Below, piece after piece: positions 61,098-64,000 of a stretch of 64,000 nt of DNA (position 1 is the first letter of the stretch; the number at the start of each line of letters is the position of its first letter). Under the pieces are notes generated by a model. That model worked only from the letters and a program-made list of their open reading frames with translations. It made no database searches and had not been told where the DNA came from. The stretch covers positions 9,858,001 through 9,922,000 of the forward strand of contig OZ024758.1 of assembly GCA_964016885.1 (NCBI GenBank), written 5' to 3'. Made by a program: the position numbers and the translations under genes. Origin of the DNA: Eledone cirrhosa. Its lineage: Eukaryota.

Positions 61098-62145
61098 TCG
61101 ATCGAAATGGAAAGACACATCCAACACTTCATCAATCACATGCAGTTCTCTGGCTACAACCAAAGAGACAGAATTAGAGTATACGAAGGAGCCACGGAGA
61201 AGTATATGACCCTCATAGAACTGGACATGGAAGGAAGTTGCCCATTATACAGGAGCAAATCATGGAATAGCTTAGATAGGACTAAACATAAGATAGAGAA
61301 AGCCACCTCATGGTACGACAACCAGAGATACCAGAGTGTCATGTTCGTGGATGCAACCCCTGGAGGGAAATTAGCTAACCAATGTAGAAAGGCCCTAAGA
61401 AAGACCCACTTAAAGATTAAAGTAGTAGAAAAGCCAGGAACTACCAGAAAACCCACTGTACCAATAAGAAATGTGTTATATGTAAAGTAAACCCCTGGAT
61501 GAACTGTAAACCTAGAAATGTAGTCTATAGCATAAGATGTACAGAGGGTACTTGCAGAAACATGACAATGACATACATAGGTGAGACAGCTCGAAGTATA
61601 AGAGAAAAAATAGATCAACACTGGAGGAATTAAATGGACAAAAATACGGTTCAATACTATATGAACACGCCAGACAACAACAAGGCGGTAACAAAAACAA
61701 GATAGAAATTAAAATAATATCTAAACATAGAAATGACCCAACAGGTAGGCAAATCAGAGAAACAATCGAAATAGAGCTTAGAAAAAATGAATGGAATAAC
61801 AACAACACCCAAACAAACAATACTGACTTAAGAGAAATATAAATAAATAAATAAATAAATAAATATATACGCAAACACAATAACAACAAAAACATACAAA
61901 CACACTAATAAACTAAGATAGAATACAATAACCAAAACACAGTCACCCAAACGTGAACACACACACCAGACACTATACACACACGCAAACGCATGCGCAG
62001 AGACGAGGACATAAATAAATAAATAAATAAATAGATAAAATAAAAATGGCGTAGACACTATAATACATACAATACAGCAGGGGAAACATGATAATAGTAC
62101 CACTGATGATGTTGCAGATGTGCAACGAAAGAACTTTGTTAGACT
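61098..62145 (+). mobile_element. 5'-truncated Penelope-like element: RT thumb, Cys-rich linker, GIY-YIG endonuclease, and 3' region with a hammerhead remnant
   Basis: PLYRSKSW..SVMFVDATPGGKLA..IKVVEKPG; after a frameshift HCTNKKCVIC...CKPRNVVYSIRC...YIGETARSIREK..QH, then RQIRETIEI..KNEWN; (TA)n at both ends. Confidence 0.88.
62098..62141 (+). ncRNA. Degenerate hammerhead at the 3' end of the Penelope-like element
   Basis: tacca CTGATGA t-gttgca gatg tgcaac GAAA gaac tt tgtta. Confidence 0.6.
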
Positions 62146-62376
62146 ATATATATATATGTATTTATATCTGTATTTTTTACCGTTGGTCAGTCAGTTATAA
62201 ATATTGATGGTCAAATGAATTAACTATGGAGATATAAAAGATACAGAAGCGAAAACCAACCAAACAGTGAGTGTGTTGTGTTGTTATTTCTGGCAATATT
62301 ATTACAACAATATGACCCTCCCCAATATATATATATATATATATTGTTATACTTGGGGAGAGTCATATTGTTGTAT

Positions 62377-62468
<92 letters not shown>

Positions 62469-63067
62469 CAGTTGGTACTACTGGTAACATGTATCCCAGT
62501 ACAACCTGTCCCATGGTCGGGTCGTTGGCGACTAAACTGGCAACCCCACCAAGGTTTCTTGGTGAGGAGGGTGACTTTGGACATCCTGCAGGACTAAAAA
62601 CAAAACCTGTCAAAGGGCAAAGGAGCTCTTAAGAGTCAATGGCCATCCAAAATCACTGGGAGAGATGACCCCTTAGCCTTTGTCAAGGCAGAATTCTAGG
62701 AGAAGGAAAACTCTGATATAACACCTGCAACTCTGATGGTATCCAATGATGTTGACTTGTTCTTCTTTTTGGTAAATATCATCTTGGTTAAGAGGGTGGG
62801 ACTGGCTTTGTGCAGTGCCTTTGCTCACTATAAAAGCTTCACGGCACAGGCATTGCTTTATATCTGGAGATCTCTCTGCACTTGTCATCACATGGTACCA
62901 TGGGCCCAGCACTATGTGTCAATAATTGTCACAGGTGTAGTGTTTGTACCAGAGTTTTCAAGTCGCTGGCTGGACTAAGAAGTCACACTCGTTCAGCGCA
63001 TCGGTAGGGGTTCTCCTACATGGATATAAAGTAGTGGCCGTACTCGAAAACGAGTTGGCAGCCACCA
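62469..63067. mobile_element. Second copy of the unclassified element of about 600 bp
   Basis: Nearly identical to 11512-12110; (TA)n on both sides. Confidence 0.8.
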
Positions 63068-63153
<86 letters not shown>

Positions 63154-63685
63154 GAAAGTATCGCTTCTGTTTTACATTCGGAAATCGATATTATATTCTC
63201 AGCAAAAACCACACCAGACCTGCCAACGTTGATATACATCTATCTCGGTGGTTAGAGCGGTCATATGTAACTGAACATGCAGCCTTTCCGTAAGATGTAG
63301 CTCAGGTCGGATGTCATCAAAATTAGATCGCTTCAGTAAGCAAGATCTATGTAGCAATTATGCTGGCTGTATCTACTGCATTGCAGTGCAAAATCTATCG
63401 TCTTGTGTATGAAAAGATGGAGTCCAATCACACTGGAAGTACATTCAAACTTCAGACATGGACGCCATAACATCCAGTGTTTGTGAGTCGTGTTTTTATA
63501 GACTTCATATATCTCAGTAACAACTGATATAAGCCCCCCCCCCCCCCCACACACACACTCCCCTTCCTTAACTACCATACCTTTATTGCTCTAATTTATT
63601 GTTTTTGTTTTACTTATATAACTTTCACAATTAGTCCTATTTTTCTAGAAACTGATACGTCATTCGCTCACGACAAAGATCAGAT

Positions 63686-63719
<34 letters not shown>

Positions 63720-63884
63720 GGTGCTGCTACCACTACTACTACTGCTGCTGCTGCTGCTGCTACTGCTACATAGACATATACACTGATGCACACTTACATG
63801 TTAATGTGGTCGGTGTAAGTAAGTGTGTGTGTTTGTTACAAGATCATTATCTAGCATTTATCTGAGTGAATCTATATCGTTAGT

Positions 63885-64000
<116 letters not shown>

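Overview
AT-rich, microsatellite-saturated animal genomic DNA; the repeat landscape suggests an octopus-type cephalopod (inference). There is no intact protein-coding gene, and nearly all ORF-track entries are translated microsatellites or tandem repeats. The window holds about 20 copies of a young tRNA-derived SINE, older SINEs, fragments of CR1-group, RTE, CRE-like and other RLE-type LINEs, piggyBac-, mariner- and hAT-type MITEs, a Helentron-like element, and many minisatellites, several traceable to transposon sequence. A repeat-poor, promoter-like island at about 35.1-35.6 kb has a candidate ATG first exon. The main hidden signal is about 11 complete and 7-8 degenerate type I hammerhead ribozyme (HHR) folds (CUGANGA...GAAA core, with stems I, II and III paired by eye). 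They sit in short cassettes, mostly next to (TA)n tracts and often as fold-back palindromes. One lies at the 3' end of a decayed Penelope-like (GIY-YIG) element, and another lies in a 315-nt terminally redundant, retrozyme-like unit. Several sequence-divergent HHRs share a covarying stem II of 3 bp, a C.C mismatch, then 6-7 bp. All folds were read by hand; catalytic activity and novelty are untested.
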